DNA of 64,000 bases from Candidatus Tayloriibacteriota bacterium (GCA_016188455.1 JACPHR010000018.1:5079-69078), one strand, 5' to 3'; shown: positions 44,470 through 54,042, counted from the stretch's first letter. Translations and numbers: made by a program. The notes: generated by a model from the sequence alone, not told the origin.

Positions 44470-45456
44470 ATGCTTAAAAAACAAAGAATTTTGGTTGCCG
44501 GCGGGGCCGGCTATGTGGGTTCAAGACTCGTTCCTGCTCTTATTAAAGACGGCCACCAAGTGACGGTTCTTGACTTGTTATGGTTTGGCAATACACTTCC
44601 CAAAAAAGTAAAAGTCATCAAAAAGGATATTTTTGATATTGACACAAACACCCTAAAGGGTTTTGACCAGGTGATTTTTTTGGCCGGCCTTTCCAATGAC
44701 CCGATGGCCGAGTATTCGCCCGCCCAAAATTTTATTTGCAACAGCGCCGCTCCGGCCTATCTCGCTTATATCGCCAAAGTCGCCGGAGTGAAACGTTTTA
44801 TCTACGCCTGTTCCGGCTCCGTCTACGGCTTCACCGAAGATAAAATTCTTGATGAGAACTCAGTTGCAGAGAGTTCGTTTCCCTACGGCATCTCCAAGAG
44901 GAAGGGCGAGTTCGGCGTGATGTATCTTCAGGACGAAACTTTTTCAGTAATCAGTTTGCGCAAAGGCACTATCTCCGGCTGGAGTCCGCGGATGCGCTTT
45001 GATCTTATCGTCAACACCATGTACATGAAAGCCCAAACGCTCGGCAAGGTTAGCATAAACAATCCGGCCATTTGGCGGCCGATTCTTGCCATTGAAGACG
45101 CGGTGGCGGCTTACCTAAAGGCGGTGGCTACGCCTCTTTCGGTGAGCGGCGTGTTCAATATTTCCTCGGGCAATTTTACCGTTGGCGCCGTGGGAGAAAA
45201 AGTCAGAGAACATTTTAAGCAAAAACACGGCCGGTCTTTGGTTGTTGAGGTTAAAAATATTCCCGACAAGCGCAATTATAAAATCTCCACCAAAAAAGCC
45301 CAAAAAATTCTCGGTTTCAAACCGACCGGCACCATAGAATCAATTCTTAAGGAATTGGACGAGCGCGTCGGCGCCGATTTCAATTTCGCCGATGAGAAGC
45401 ACTACAACATTCTGGTGTTCAAGAAAACTTTCAAAAACCGTCGTTCTAAAAATTAA
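44470..45456 (+). CDS. NAD-dependent epimerase/dehydratase
   Basis: ILVAGGAGYVGSRL..., YGISKRKGE. Confidence 0.65.
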   Translation: MLKKQRILVAGGAGYVGSRLVPALIKDGHQVTVLDLLWFGNTLPKKVKVIKKDIFDIDTNTLKGFDQVIFLAGLSNDPMAEYSPAQNFICNSAAPAYLAYIAKVAGVKRFIYACSGSVYGFTEDKILDENSVAESSFPYGISKRKGEFGVMYLQDETFSVISLRKGTISGWSPRMRFDLIVNTMYMKAQTLGKVSINNPAIWRPILAIEDAVAAYLKAVATPLSVSGVFNISSGNFTVGAVGEKVREHFKQKHGRSLVVEVKNIPDKRNYKISTKKAQKILGFKPTGTIESILKELDERVGADFNFADEKHYNILVFKKTFKNRRSKN

Positions 45457-45471
45457 ATCAAAGTTTCTTAA

Positions 45472-45691
45472 TATTGAATTACAAAACTCTTGCCAAGAGA
45501 TTCCCTTTCCACAAGCCTCGGCTCCGGACAAGGCGCGTGGAAGCGGAAAAGGTCTCTTTCCGCGAACAATCCGCATCTTTTAAGGGTATCACCGATACCC
45601 AGAAATGGCTTTTAGCCGCTATCGCGGCTAAAAGCCATTGTTGAACATTTTATGTAGCGGGAGGTGACTGAAAAAGAATTTCGTAACTTAG
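45472..45691. mobile_element. Family-A-related composite element (diverged ends, extra internal hairpins) flanked by a 10-bp direct repeat AGTTTCTTAA
   Basis: ttgaattacaaaactcttgcc...agaatttcgtaactta. Core ccggacaaggcgcgtggaagcgg. Internal 15-bp perfect stem atggcttttagccgc/gcggctaaaagccat. Direct repeats at 45462-45471 and 45692-45701. Confidence 0.45.
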
Positions 45692-46395
45692 AGTTTCTTA
45701 AACCAAAAACAGCCGCAGCCGTAACGCTCAAGGTCGGCTAGTTTCGGGTCGGCATTTCTTATGAGGCCCCCGTCCCGAGCGTCCTCCGGTATGAGCGAGA
45801 ATTCAACCAGTTTTAACTTTGAGAAATATTCCATAATTTGCCCGTAAGCATATACGCGGTGGGCGTTAAAGACGATTTTCGGTTTGCCTACCGGCGCCAC
45901 GAAAAGCAAATCGCCTTTCGGAGCGAGCACCCGCATCAGTTCGCCGATGGCTTTGAGGTCGCCGTCCGGGTCCAAGGGCTCGCCGTAGCGGCCGAGGCCG
46001 ATATGCTCTACGGTGTGCATGCATGAAAGCGATTGGACGCTGCCATCTTTAAACGGCAGAGCGGTCAGGTCGGCCGCCGCCGATTTTAGATTGTCCAACT
46101 CCAGAGCGGCTGGCCGGTAATCGTAAAATTCAACGGGGAGAAACGCCGACACGATGACGCCGAAGGTTAAAGTTGAAGATATGTCAGTGTGCGTTTTCGG
46201 TTTGGTTTCCGCCAGCACCCGCGCCGCCCACGCCGGATGATAGACGTAATGCCGGTCAAAACCGGTTTGCTTGGTCTTGTCGCCCAAGCAAGGCTTTCGC
46301 TCGTTCCAATCCATGGCAAAACGCTCGTTGCCGAACGACTTGAATTTTCGCCAGTTGCTTAAAAACTCCAAATATTTTAGATATTGCCGCATCAA
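45688..46395 (-). CDS. Putative class I SAM-dependent methyltransferase
   Basis: ...SLSCMHTVEHIGLGRYGEPLDPDGDLKAIGELMRVLAPKGDLLF resembles the Methyltransf_11/DUF268 type. Confidence 0.45.
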   Translation of the reverse strand: MMRQYLKYLEFLSNWRKFKSFGNERFAMDWNERKPCLGDKTKQTGFDRHYVYHPAWAARVLAETKPKTHTDISSTLTFGVIVSAFLPVEFYDYRPAALELDNLKSAAADLTALPFKDGSVQSLSCMHTVEHIGLGRYGEPLDPDGDLKAIGELMRVLAPKGDLLFVAPVGKPKIVFNAHRVYAYGQIMEYFSKLKLVEFSLIPEDARDGGLIRNADPKLADLERYGCGCFWFKKL

Positions 46396-47354
46396 TTTTT
46401 GCTCAATATTAGCGCCAGTATTTTCGGGTGTTTTCTGGCGAATCTGACGGAGATTCTTTTCAGCTTTTCTCTGAAGGGCACGGTCAGCGCGCCGGTTTTG
46501 CCGACGGGCGTATTTTTGAGGCGGATAGGCGAGCGGTCAAGCGTATTATACCAGCTTTTGCTTCCCGCCTCGCTTTTAATGTATAGGGCGTCGCGCGGGT
46601 CCAGCAAATCCAAATAAGGCATAATCATTTTGGTGGCCATGAGCGACACCTCGTTTTCTTTTTTTGCTTCGCGGGTGAAAAGGGAATCGGTGCCGTAGCG
46701 GTGATAGTAGAAGCTGTTCGGCATGACCGCGAATTTGGCGCCGGCGGCCAGGCATTTTAGAGTGAAGCCCCAAGCCTCGTGCAGGCCCTTGCCGTATTCC
46801 CAAACGCCGCCGACGGTTTGCCAAAGGGCTTTGGTGAACATATAATTTCCGCCGGGGCCGGGATTGATGTCGCCCGCCAGAAAATCGGCAAAAGTTAAAA
46901 CACCCGGGCGGCAAAGCCACTTGTGGGTAATTTTTTTCTTGCCGTTTTTTTCTTCTCGAAAATAGCGGTACTCGGCGAAGCCTGCCATGTCGGCCTTTTC
47001 GGCAATCATGCAGGTTTTTAGTTTGGGCACGCTTGCCGGCGCCAAGACATCGTCGGCGTAGAGGTTAAAAATAATTGGATTTTTGGCGGCGGCGTAAGCG
47101 ATATTTCGGGCCGCCGGACAGCCTCTGTTTTCCTTACTTACGATGATTTCAATGAAGGGGTATTTTTTTCGGAGCTCTTCAAGTATCAGAAGGGTATCGT
47201 CGGTCGAGCCGTCATCCACGACGATAAGCTCGTCTCCGGTCCCGAAATTGCCGTTCATGATGGACTCCACCGATTCCGCGACAGTGCCGCCAGCGTTGTA
47301 CGCTGGCATGCAAAAGCTTATGCGGTCTTCGTTTTTTATTTTAGGACCGATCAT
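46392..47354 (-). CDS. Family 2 glycosyltransferase
   Basis: ISFCMPAYNAGGTV...LIVVDDGSTDDT. Confidence 0.7.
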   Translation of the reverse strand: MIGPKIKNEDRISFCMPAYNAGGTVAESVESIMNGNFGTGDELIVVDDGSTDDTLLILEELRKKYPFIEIIVSKENRGCPAARNIAYAAAKNPIIFNLYADDVLAPASVPKLKTCMIAEKADMAGFAEYRYFREEKNGKKKITHKWLCRPGVLTFADFLAGDINPGPGGNYMFTKALWQTVGGVWEYGKGLHEAWGFTLKCLAAGAKFAVMPNSFYYHRYGTDSLFTREAKKENEVSLMATKMIMPYLDLLDPRDALYIKSEAGSKSWYNTLDRSPIRLKNTPVGKTGALTVPFREKLKRISVRFARKHPKILALILSKN

Positions 47355-48219
47355 TGTTGGTGTTCATGAGTACGTCTTCGAGCTTCTTTTTAGGAAAGAC
47401 GTCAAGCAGGCTGCCGGGCGTGCAGTTTACGATACTCGCGCCTCTCTTGTCGCAATACCGTTTTAGCTTCTTGTATATTCGCCACAGGTTGACTTGCGAT
47501 TGCAGGACGAATTCAAAATCCTTGTTCCACTCGTTATAGTTGGCTTGGGTCAAAGCGCTCTTCTTCTCGTCGTAAAAATGCCGAGTTTCGCCGTAGTGGA
47601 GAATCCAGTCGTGGTCGGCGCCCACGAGACAGAGGTTTTTCGCTCCCATATAGAGCGCGATATAGAGGGCGGTGTGGGGACTGGTTTGGATGAGCAGCAG
47701 TTGTTTGGCGAGGTCAATGGTCATGTTCTCGCTCGGTTCTTTCGTGCCGGTGAGGTAGTAATAGACCCGCTGTTTTTTGAAGAGCCGATATTTATCAACG
47801 ACCACTTTGTCCGTCAGGCCGATGAAAACTTTCTGGCCCTCGGGCATGTGTTTTTCAGCGTCCTCAAACCACGCTTTATACTGCTCGTAACTGATGGGGG
47901 AATGTGAGGCGGTGAAAATGTGATACTCGGGCTTGATGACGTTGAAATCCGGATGCAGGAAAAAATTGCTTACGCTTATACAAAACTCGCCCTCAAGCTT
48001 TTTCAGGTCCATCTTGTTGATGGACGGGCCGGTGGCCAGAATAAAACAACGTTTGCCCGGGGCAGAATTTTTGAGCAGTTTGTTCGGTCTTAAAACCTCT
48101 CGGTTTTTGTAATAAAACCGCCATTGCTTGAACTTATTCCGCCATGTTTGAAGCCAGCCGCTGGCTTTTGTCAAACTCGGCCCCACCAGAGTATTTTGTT
48201 TGAGAGCTTCTTTTATCAT
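47341..48219 (-). CDS. DUF115 (MptE-like / motility-accessory-factor-like) putative glycosyltransferase
   Basis: ...CFILATGPSI... and ...LCLVGADHDW... are DUF115 hallmark motifs. Confidence 0.45.
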   Translation of the reverse strand: MIKEALKQNTLVGPSLTKASGWLQTWRNKFKQWRFYYKNREVLRPNKLLKNSAPGKRCFILATGPSINKMDLKKLEGEFCISVSNFFLHPDFNVIKPEYHIFTASHSPISYEQYKAWFEDAEKHMPEGQKVFIGLTDKVVVDKYRLFKKQRVYYYLTGTKEPSENMTIDLAKQLLLIQTSPHTALYIALYMGAKNLCLVGADHDWILHYGETRHFYDEKKSALTQANYNEWNKDFEFVLQSQVNLWRIYKKLKRYCDKRGASIVNCTPGSLLDVFPKKKLEDVLMNTNNDRS

Positions 48220-48343
48220 CCCGTTAGAGGCAAGTCGCGATCAACCCGCGCTGTGGGTAGTTACTTTTGTTAATAATGATAGGACGGCAACACATAACAG
48301 TTCTAGCTTCTTCTTAAACCGTGACCGCGGCCTCTAACGGGAT
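48218..48343. repeat. Family-D palindromic element, intercistronic, abutting an ATG
   Basis: atcccgttagagg ... cctctaacgggat. The left end overlaps the start codon of 47341-48219, and the right end overlaps the last codons of 48303-49130. Confidence 0.5.
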
Positions 48344-49130
48344 TCATGCCGAAAATATACAGGCCGGTCGCGCCGCTCCACTTTGAATCGTGGCGGAGGG
48401 TCAGCACGTGGCTTTTAATCCAGAGCATAAAGTTTTTTATCGCCTTCTCCTTGCGCCTTAGGCCCATGTCGGAGAGCACGTTGGGCAAGCGGTGGCTAAA
48501 ATCTTTAATGAGTTTAGTACCCTGCGCCCACTCAAAGTCAAAGGTTTTCCAGACGAGTTTCAGGTTGAGAGCCTTTGCCCAGCCCGCAAATTCAATCGGC
48601 GTGAGATAGTGAAGGTCGGCGAGCGTAATGGGAGCGTCAAAAAGAAAACGCAAGGTCTGAAGGATGTAGCCGCGCGGATTGGTCCAGTTGGGACTGGTAA
48701 TGATTATGGAACCTCCCGGGTTTAGATGTTTTTTGAATAATTTGAGGGCGGCCAGCGGTTTATCCATGTGCTCCAATGTGCCGAGCGACATGACAATATC
48801 GTATCGGCCTCGGTGATTTTTTACGTCTTCCGTTCGGTATTCAAGATTGGGCGCCGCGTAAGTTCTGCGGGCTTGCCGGATGCCGTCGCGGCTAAAGTCA
48901 ATGCCCACCACCTTCTTGGCGCCCGAGCGCGCGGCGAGCGCCGCCATGAGCCCGGTGCCGCAGCCGACGTCAAGCACGCTCTTGCCTTGCCACTTGACGG
49001 CCTTTCTCACTTCGGCCTCGTCAATCGGCAGGCGAGCCTTTTCCCCGAAGAGCAGTTTCGTGTAGTGCTTTTTCTCACCGCGCCGATAGACCGAATTGTA
49101 GAATGCCGCAAGGTCTTTGTTTTTTCTCAT
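48303..49130 (-). CDS. Class I SAM-dependent methyltransferase
   Basis: VLDVGCGTGLMAALAA (motif I) ...VVGIDFS.... Confidence 0.65.
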   Translation of the reverse strand: MRKNKDLAAFYNSVYRRGEKKHYTKLLFGEKARLPIDEAEVRKAVKWQGKSVLDVGCGTGLMAALAARSGAKKVVGIDFSRDGIRQARRTYAAPNLEYRTEDVKNHRGRYDIVMSLGTLEHMDKPLAALKLFKKHLNPGGSIIITSPNWTNPRGYILQTLRFLFDAPITLADLHYLTPIEFAGWAKALNLKLVWKTFDFEWAQGTKLIKDFSHRLPNVLSDMGLRRKEKAIKNFMLWIKSHVLTLRHDSKWSGATGLYIFGMNPVRGRGHGLRRS

Positions 49131-49135
49131 AGATT

Positions 49136-51031
49136 TTACAGACCGTATTTTTTTAATCTTTTAAGGGCCGTAATAAAACCCTCGCCGTTGTAGTGGTGGC
49201 CCATCCAGATTTCCGGTGCCATGGTCACGTTTGTTCTAAGAATTTCCGGCATCAATATTTTCCACGGGACATCACCGTCGCCCACTTGAATACCCTCGCC
49301 GTCGGTGCCGATGCCGTCCGAGAGGTGAATATGTTTGACCAACGGTTTGAGGGTTTTGAAGAATGCTAACGGATCTTTCTTCGCAAAGGTGCAATACAGT
49401 TGAGCGTGGCTGGTGTCGTAACAAAGCGAGTAGCCGTATTTTTTGGCGAATAGATAAATTTCTTCAGCGTCGGTGAATGTGTTTGAGAACCAGGCGCCGC
49501 CTTTGTACCACGGGAAGGGCGGCAAGTTCTCTAAAAGAAGCTCAATGCCGGTTTGGTCCAGCTTTTTGAGGCCGTGGCCGAGCCGCGTATACATTTTTGC
49601 CCGTTCTTTTTTAGTGGCGAATTGGTTATAGCTCATGCCGCCGGTGTGAAGCGCCACTTTCACTTTTGGCGGCGTTTTCCCGAAATATTTTCTAATCTCA
49701 CGGACTTTCTTAAGGAAGTCGTTTATGTGTTTGATTGAAGCCCTTACCGTTTCCTTGTCGTCGGAGCAGAAATCCAAAAGTTTGTCGTCCCATAACTCAG
49801 GCGCGTGGGCCACGAGCTCAAGCTCTGGATGATTTTTGAAAACCATCGGGTGGCCGAGGTCGTGGGAGCTGAAATGAAATTCCACAAATGAAGGCTTGAG
49901 TCCCGAAATCATGTTTTCAAAATCGTGCGGCCGGACAATGAGTCCCCATTTTCGTTTTGAGCTGAAAGCGCGGTCATGCTTTTTCTTACCGAGGTCTTCT
50001 TCCGTGAAGTAGCCGTCTTTGGCGATGTCTCTTCTGGCTTTTTGCCCCACCAGTTCGTACAGCTTCTGCGGCGAAAGGCCTTTGGCCGGACTCTTGGCCG
50101 CTATCATCTCGCGGGTCAGGGTTTCTCCGGCTTTAACGGCCTTGGCCGCCACCAGGCTTTTGCCGAGAATTTTCCGATTGATGAATTCTCCCATGGTCAT
50201 GAATTTTTTGTCGCTTTGCAGCGCTTCCTCAATTCGGCGGATGTCGCGGACGAGCCTTATGATGCCGGCTGGCTCGAGCGAGATGGCATGGTCCGGTCCG
50301 GTCATTGTCCGGTCAAGGGTGATGTGGCGCTCAATCACTTTGGCCCCCAGGGGGACGGCCGCCATTGAAATGGCCAGTCCGAGCTCATGTCCTGAATAAC
50401 CGACGACACAATCAAACTTTGCCTTAAGCACCTCTATGAACTTCAGGTTAGCGTCTTTGGCGGCGGCGGGGTAGGCACTGTTGCAGTGAAGGAGAATGTA
50501 CTCCGCGCCGAGCTTGTTAAGATGCGACACAGTCGCTTCAATTTCTTCAAGCGAGGACATGCCGGTTGAAAGGATCATGGGCTTTTTCTTTGAAGCGACG
50601 TATTCGATAAGCTCAAAATTGACTAAGTCGGCCGAGGCGAGTTTGTAGGCGGGCACGTCGAGCTTTTCCAAAATGTCCACGCTCGCGATGTCCCACGGCG
50701 TGCAGAGAAACATAATGCCTTTCTCTTTGGCGTAGCGGGCGAGCATCTTGAAATTTTCATCCGACAGGGTGGCTTCGCGGATGAGGGAGAGGATGTACTG
50801 CGAAGCGATGTCTTCATGTTTCGTATTGTTAAAGGCCTTATCGGTGTAGAGGGTTTTGAAATCGCGCATCTGGAATTTCACCGCGTCGGCTTTTGCCTCA
50901 ACGGCCAGGTCAATCAGCTTTTTGGCGAGCTCAATCCGGCCGTTATGATTGATGCCCGCTTCGGCAATGATAAAAGCCGGGTGTCCGTCACCGATTAGCC
51001 GGTTGCCGATTTTGATTGTTTTGTTTTTCAT
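49136..51031 (-). CDS. NeuB-family sialic/nonulosonic acid synthase fused to a C-terminal xylose-isomerase-like TIM-barrel domain
   Basis: N-terminal about 340 aa: ...FIIAEAGINHNG..., ...CTPWD..., SAF domain. C-terminal about 290 aa: TIM-barrel sugar-phosphate isomerase/epimerase-like. Confidence 0.65.
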   Translation of the reverse strand: MKNKTIKIGNRLIGDGHPAFIIAEAGINHNGRIELAKKLIDLAVEAKADAVKFQMRDFKTLYTDKAFNNTKHEDIASQYILSLIREATLSDENFKMLARYAKEKGIMFLCTPWDIASVDILEKLDVPAYKLASADLVNFELIEYVASKKKPMILSTGMSSLEEIEATVSHLNKLGAEYILLHCNSAYPAAAKDANLKFIEVLKAKFDCVVGYSGHELGLAISMAAVPLGAKVIERHITLDRTMTGPDHAISLEPAGIIRLVRDIRRIEEALQSDKKFMTMGEFINRKILGKSLVAAKAVKAGETLTREMIAAKSPAKGLSPQKLYELVGQKARRDIAKDGYFTEEDLGKKKHDRAFSSKRKWGLIVRPHDFENMISGLKPSFVEFHFSSHDLGHPMVFKNHPELELVAHAPELWDDKLLDFCSDDKETVRASIKHINDFLKKVREIRKYFGKTPPKVKVALHTGGMSYNQFATKKERAKMYTRLGHGLKKLDQTGIELLLENLPPFPWYKGGAWFSNTFTDAEEIYLFAKKYGYSLCYDTSHAQLYCTFAKKDPLAFFKTLKPLVKHIHLSDGIGTDGEGIQVGDGDVPWKILMPEILRTNVTMAPEIWMGHHYNGEGFITALKRLKKYGL

Positions 51032-51135
51032 CCCGTTAGAAGTTTAGTAACTAATGGAAAGTGATAGTATATTAAAAGTAGCTATTCGTCCAACCCGTTT
51101 TCAAAAAAGATACCGGCTGCGCTTCTAACGGGATT
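51030..51135. repeat. Family-D palindromic element, intercistronic, abutting an ATG
   Basis: atcccgttagaag ... cttctaacgggat. The left end overlaps the start codon of the neuB-like gene. Confidence 0.5.
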
Positions 51136-51161
51136 CACGCGGCGTGTCATATGTATAACGT

Positions 51162-52292
51162 TCAAACTTGGAGCGATGTTTCAGAGGCCGCTTTAGGTAT
51201 GTTCAACACCGCCATTATCCGGTCGCAAAAATAGGCTGGAGAGAATTGTCCGAATCGGCCGGTTTCAAGATACGTCTGTCCAGCGCTAATCATTTTTCGG
51301 TATTCTTCTTCGGTGACGCTTTTCAAATATTTCGCCAGGGCGGCGTCGCTCTTGAAACGGCGGCGGTCGACGAACGCTTCCCGGTCAACATAGGTTTCTA
51401 TATTGGAAGCTCCCCAATAGATCGGCACGGTGCCGGCTTGAATGGTATCAAATATTTTCTCTGTTATATAGCCCTTGGTGCCGGAGAGGTTTTCGTAGCA
51501 CAGGGCGAATTTATAACGGGACAGCGTCTCCATTTTGTCTTGGCTCACGCCGCGCCAGCAGGCGAACTTGGGTATCAGCGCCGGGAAGTATTTTTGCCAG
51601 CGCGAGGTCGGCGTGTGCCACCTCGCACCGAACAGGTCAAAATCGTCAGGGTAGTGCGAATCGAAATAAGCGCTGGTTTTTGCCCTCGCGGAGTACAGTT
51701 CGCGCGGCCTTGGATAGTAGCGGTTGGCCGACATGTTGACGAGCAGTTTTTTTTCTTCAAACGGCAAAGGGTTTTTCCGCGGCGGCCTCGTCGGGGTCGG
51801 CAGGAAAAATTTAAAAAACTTTTTGTCGTCCACAAGGTCGTCGTCCCAGGTGAAGATGGTTTTAAATTTGTCCCACACCCGAGGGCTGTAGTTTAGCGGG
51901 TTGTTCACTTTTCCTTCCCAAAGGATAAGCGCCATTTTATCCCCCATGTTTTTTTGGAGCGCTTCCTCGTAGAGCGGCCGCACCGGCCAGCCGCGGCGGT
52001 CTTTGATGCCGAGGATTTTTTTGAAAAATTCTTTGATTCCGTATGCCGGCTGGTCCAACCCGAGGCTTGACGAATCAAAAAATAATATCCAGGCGCAGTC
52101 ATCCAGGGGGTTGTCGTCCGCCGTCATGAGGTTATAGCCACGTAACGCCAACCGCCGTTTCAGTTCGCGCCACGGCTCGTTCATGCCGTTTTTGTCGGGG
52201 CCAAAGATGGCGTTGTGGGCCAGGGATTTGTGCGACACATGAAGAAGGATTTTTTTCATAGCGGTTTTTTCTTTAACGGCAGCGGTTTCCAA
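51162..52292 (-). CDS. Alpha-1,3/4-fucosyltransferase (GT10)
   Basis: YKFALCYENLSGTKGYITEKIFD...IPIYWG matches the GT10 motif (YKFxLxFENSxxxxYxTEK). Confidence 0.6.
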   Translation of the reverse strand: METAAVKEKTAMKKILLHVSHKSLAHNAIFGPDKNGMNEPWRELKRRLALRGYNLMTADDNPLDDCAWILFFDSSSLGLDQPAYGIKEFFKKILGIKDRRGWPVRPLYEEALQKNMGDKMALILWEGKVNNPLNYSPRVWDKFKTIFTWDDDLVDDKKFFKFFLPTPTRPPRKNPLPFEEKKLLVNMSANRYYPRPRELYSARAKTSAYFDSHYPDDFDLFGARWHTPTSRWQKYFPALIPKFACWRGVSQDKMETLSRYKFALCYENLSGTKGYITEKIFDTIQAGTVPIYWGASNIETYVDREAFVDRRRFKSDAALAKYLKSVTEEEYRKMISAGQTYLETGRFGQFSPAYFCDRIMAVLNIPKAASETSLQV

Positions 52293-53332
52293 ATGATGAT
52301 GGAATAGCCCTCAATAAACTGGCTGCCGATGCGGGTTCTTTTGGCTTCAATGATTTTGATTTTCTTTGCTTTTTCCAATTCTCTCAAATAATCAAGAAAG
52401 CCCTCCAGGTAATTTCTTTTTCTGAAGTATTTAATTGACAGGTTGTCAATCAGCCGGTCTTCGTTCAGCAATTCGGCGATCGGTTCAACGTGCAAGCAAA
52501 GCGCCGGTTGATTTTGGAGGAGATATGAAACAAAGGCCTTATATTTTATGCCAACTTGTTCCAGCGCCGCTGCGGTATAGATTGCCGAGTGGGCGGCCAG
52601 CTTGATTTTTTTGTTCGGCTTGAAAAAATCAAAATTATAACCTTTGATGTTTTTCACTAAATGAGCGTCAGCCATTTGCTTGATGATTCTTTGCGACGAT
52701 TTCGCCCAATCAAGACCGAAGAGGTTGGCGGACGGATTAACTTCGCGCGCCCTAAGAAGGTTGTGGCCGGTGCCGCAGCCGAACTCGTAGATATTCTCAG
52801 ATTTTCTCAAGTATTTATCAAAAACGTAATCAAGAATGACATAAAGCATATTTCTTTCGTAATTTGGCGAGGCGGCTCTGATGAACTTTTGGTCTAGCCG
52901 GTTAACCGGGTATTTGCCGTGGTAGCGGGGGAATACGGCATCAGCGGTTTTTTCTTTTCGGAGTCGCGTGAGATTTTGTCCCCAGCCTTTTTCCCACTGT
53001 TTCAACCGATGCGGCCCTGAATAAACCAAAGACGGGTCAAGCAGGGTGTTGATAATCTTGATGAAAACTTGTTCTTCCTCGCGTGTACTGAGCGGGCAAT
53101 AGGCCAGCTTGTAGCCGGCGATTTTATGTTTGACGTAGCCGCTCAATTTTTCACGCCAGAGCTTCTCTATCTCTTTGTAGCCTAGACGGACTTTTTTCAT
53201 TCGCAGTATCATACAGGATTGACGATTGTTTGACAAGTGTTGATAAATATGATAACTTACTATCCAGACAGAAACGGCGGCGCTTTTGCGGGTGCAGAAT
53301 ACGTTTGCTGTAGGGGATAAATTTGAAATCAA
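52256..53332 (-). CDS. Putative class I SAM-dependent methyltransferase
   Basis: ...YEFGCGTGHNLL... (motif I), DxA region. Confidence 0.45.
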   Translation of the reverse strand: MISNLSPTANVFCTRKSAAVSVWIVSYHIYQHLSNNRQSCMILRMKKVRLGYKEIEKLWREKLSGYVKHKIAGYKLAYCPLSTREEEQVFIKIINTLLDPSLVYSGPHRLKQWEKGWGQNLTRLRKEKTADAVFPRYHGKYPVNRLDQKFIRAASPNYERNMLYVILDYVFDKYLRKSENIYEFGCGTGHNLLRAREVNPSANLFGLDWAKSSQRIIKQMADAHLVKNIKGYNFDFFKPNKKIKLAAHSAIYTAAALEQVGIKYKAFVSYLLQNQPALCLHVEPIAELLNEDRLIDNLSIKYFRKRNYLEGFLDYLRELEKAKKIKIIEAKRTRIGSQFIEGYSIIIWKPLPLKKKPL

Positions 53333-54042
53333 AAGAAAGGTTACCGATGAACTACTATGAAAGTTTGGTTGCTAAATTGGCGCCGCTCTATCGTCCGCCC
53401 CATGTGATAGGCGGTCATACAGAAGTTCATGTGAGGGGCGTGGAAAAGCTCGGGGAAAAGATTTTGCCGCGCATGAGAGAGGTGGACCCGGCGGAGTATC
53501 GGGTCGCGGCATGGCTCCACAATCTTGACCGGTGTCTCGCTCTGGAAGCAGAGATAGCGAGTTCGGGTGGGTTTGCTTCCCACCTTCAATGGTTTCTCCA
53601 AGACAGCCCTTTTGATGGAGCCGGTCGGGAGAGAATCATTGATGCTGTCCTTCAACATGGCAAAAAGGATGACGACCCGATGAATGACTCACCGCTCCTA
53701 ACGGCCATTCGCATCGCCGATAAGTTGGACCGGTTAACGCCGCTCAACATCATGGCCGGCCCCACCGGTAGAAGCGATCTTCCGTCCTATGACGCGGACC
53801 AGCCGTTCGGTTACCAGACAAACAAACCGTGCCACCTGAAATTCTTCCTTTGGAACGTTGAGTGGTACGGTATGCTCCCGTACGACTGGGCTCGTGAACT
53901 GGTGGACAAGAACTTCTTCCGTCTGTTTCTTTCGTTTCTGCGAGAGCTCGGCCACGATATCGCGGAGCGGCACGGCATTGAGAACAGAATTGAGGACGAC
54001 ATCAGGACGGCTCTAGGTCGCCACTACGAAAAGTGGCGCTGA
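53323..54042 (+). CDS. Hypothetical HD-like protein (intact paralog of the frameshifted 20134-20893 gene)
   Basis: H...AAWLHNLDR resembles an HD-type motif. Clear paralogy over the full length. Confidence 0.4.
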   Translation: MKSKERLPMNYYESLVAKLAPLYRPPHVIGGHTEVHVRGVEKLGEKILPRMREVDPAEYRVAAWLHNLDRCLALEAEIASSGGFASHLQWFLQDSPFDGAGRERIIDAVLQHGKKDDDPMNDSPLLTAIRIADKLDRLTPLNIMAGPTGRSDLPSYDADQPFGYQTNKPCHLKFFLWNVEWYGMLPYDWARELVDKNFFRLFLSFLRELGHDIAERHGIENRIEDDIRTALGRHYEKWR

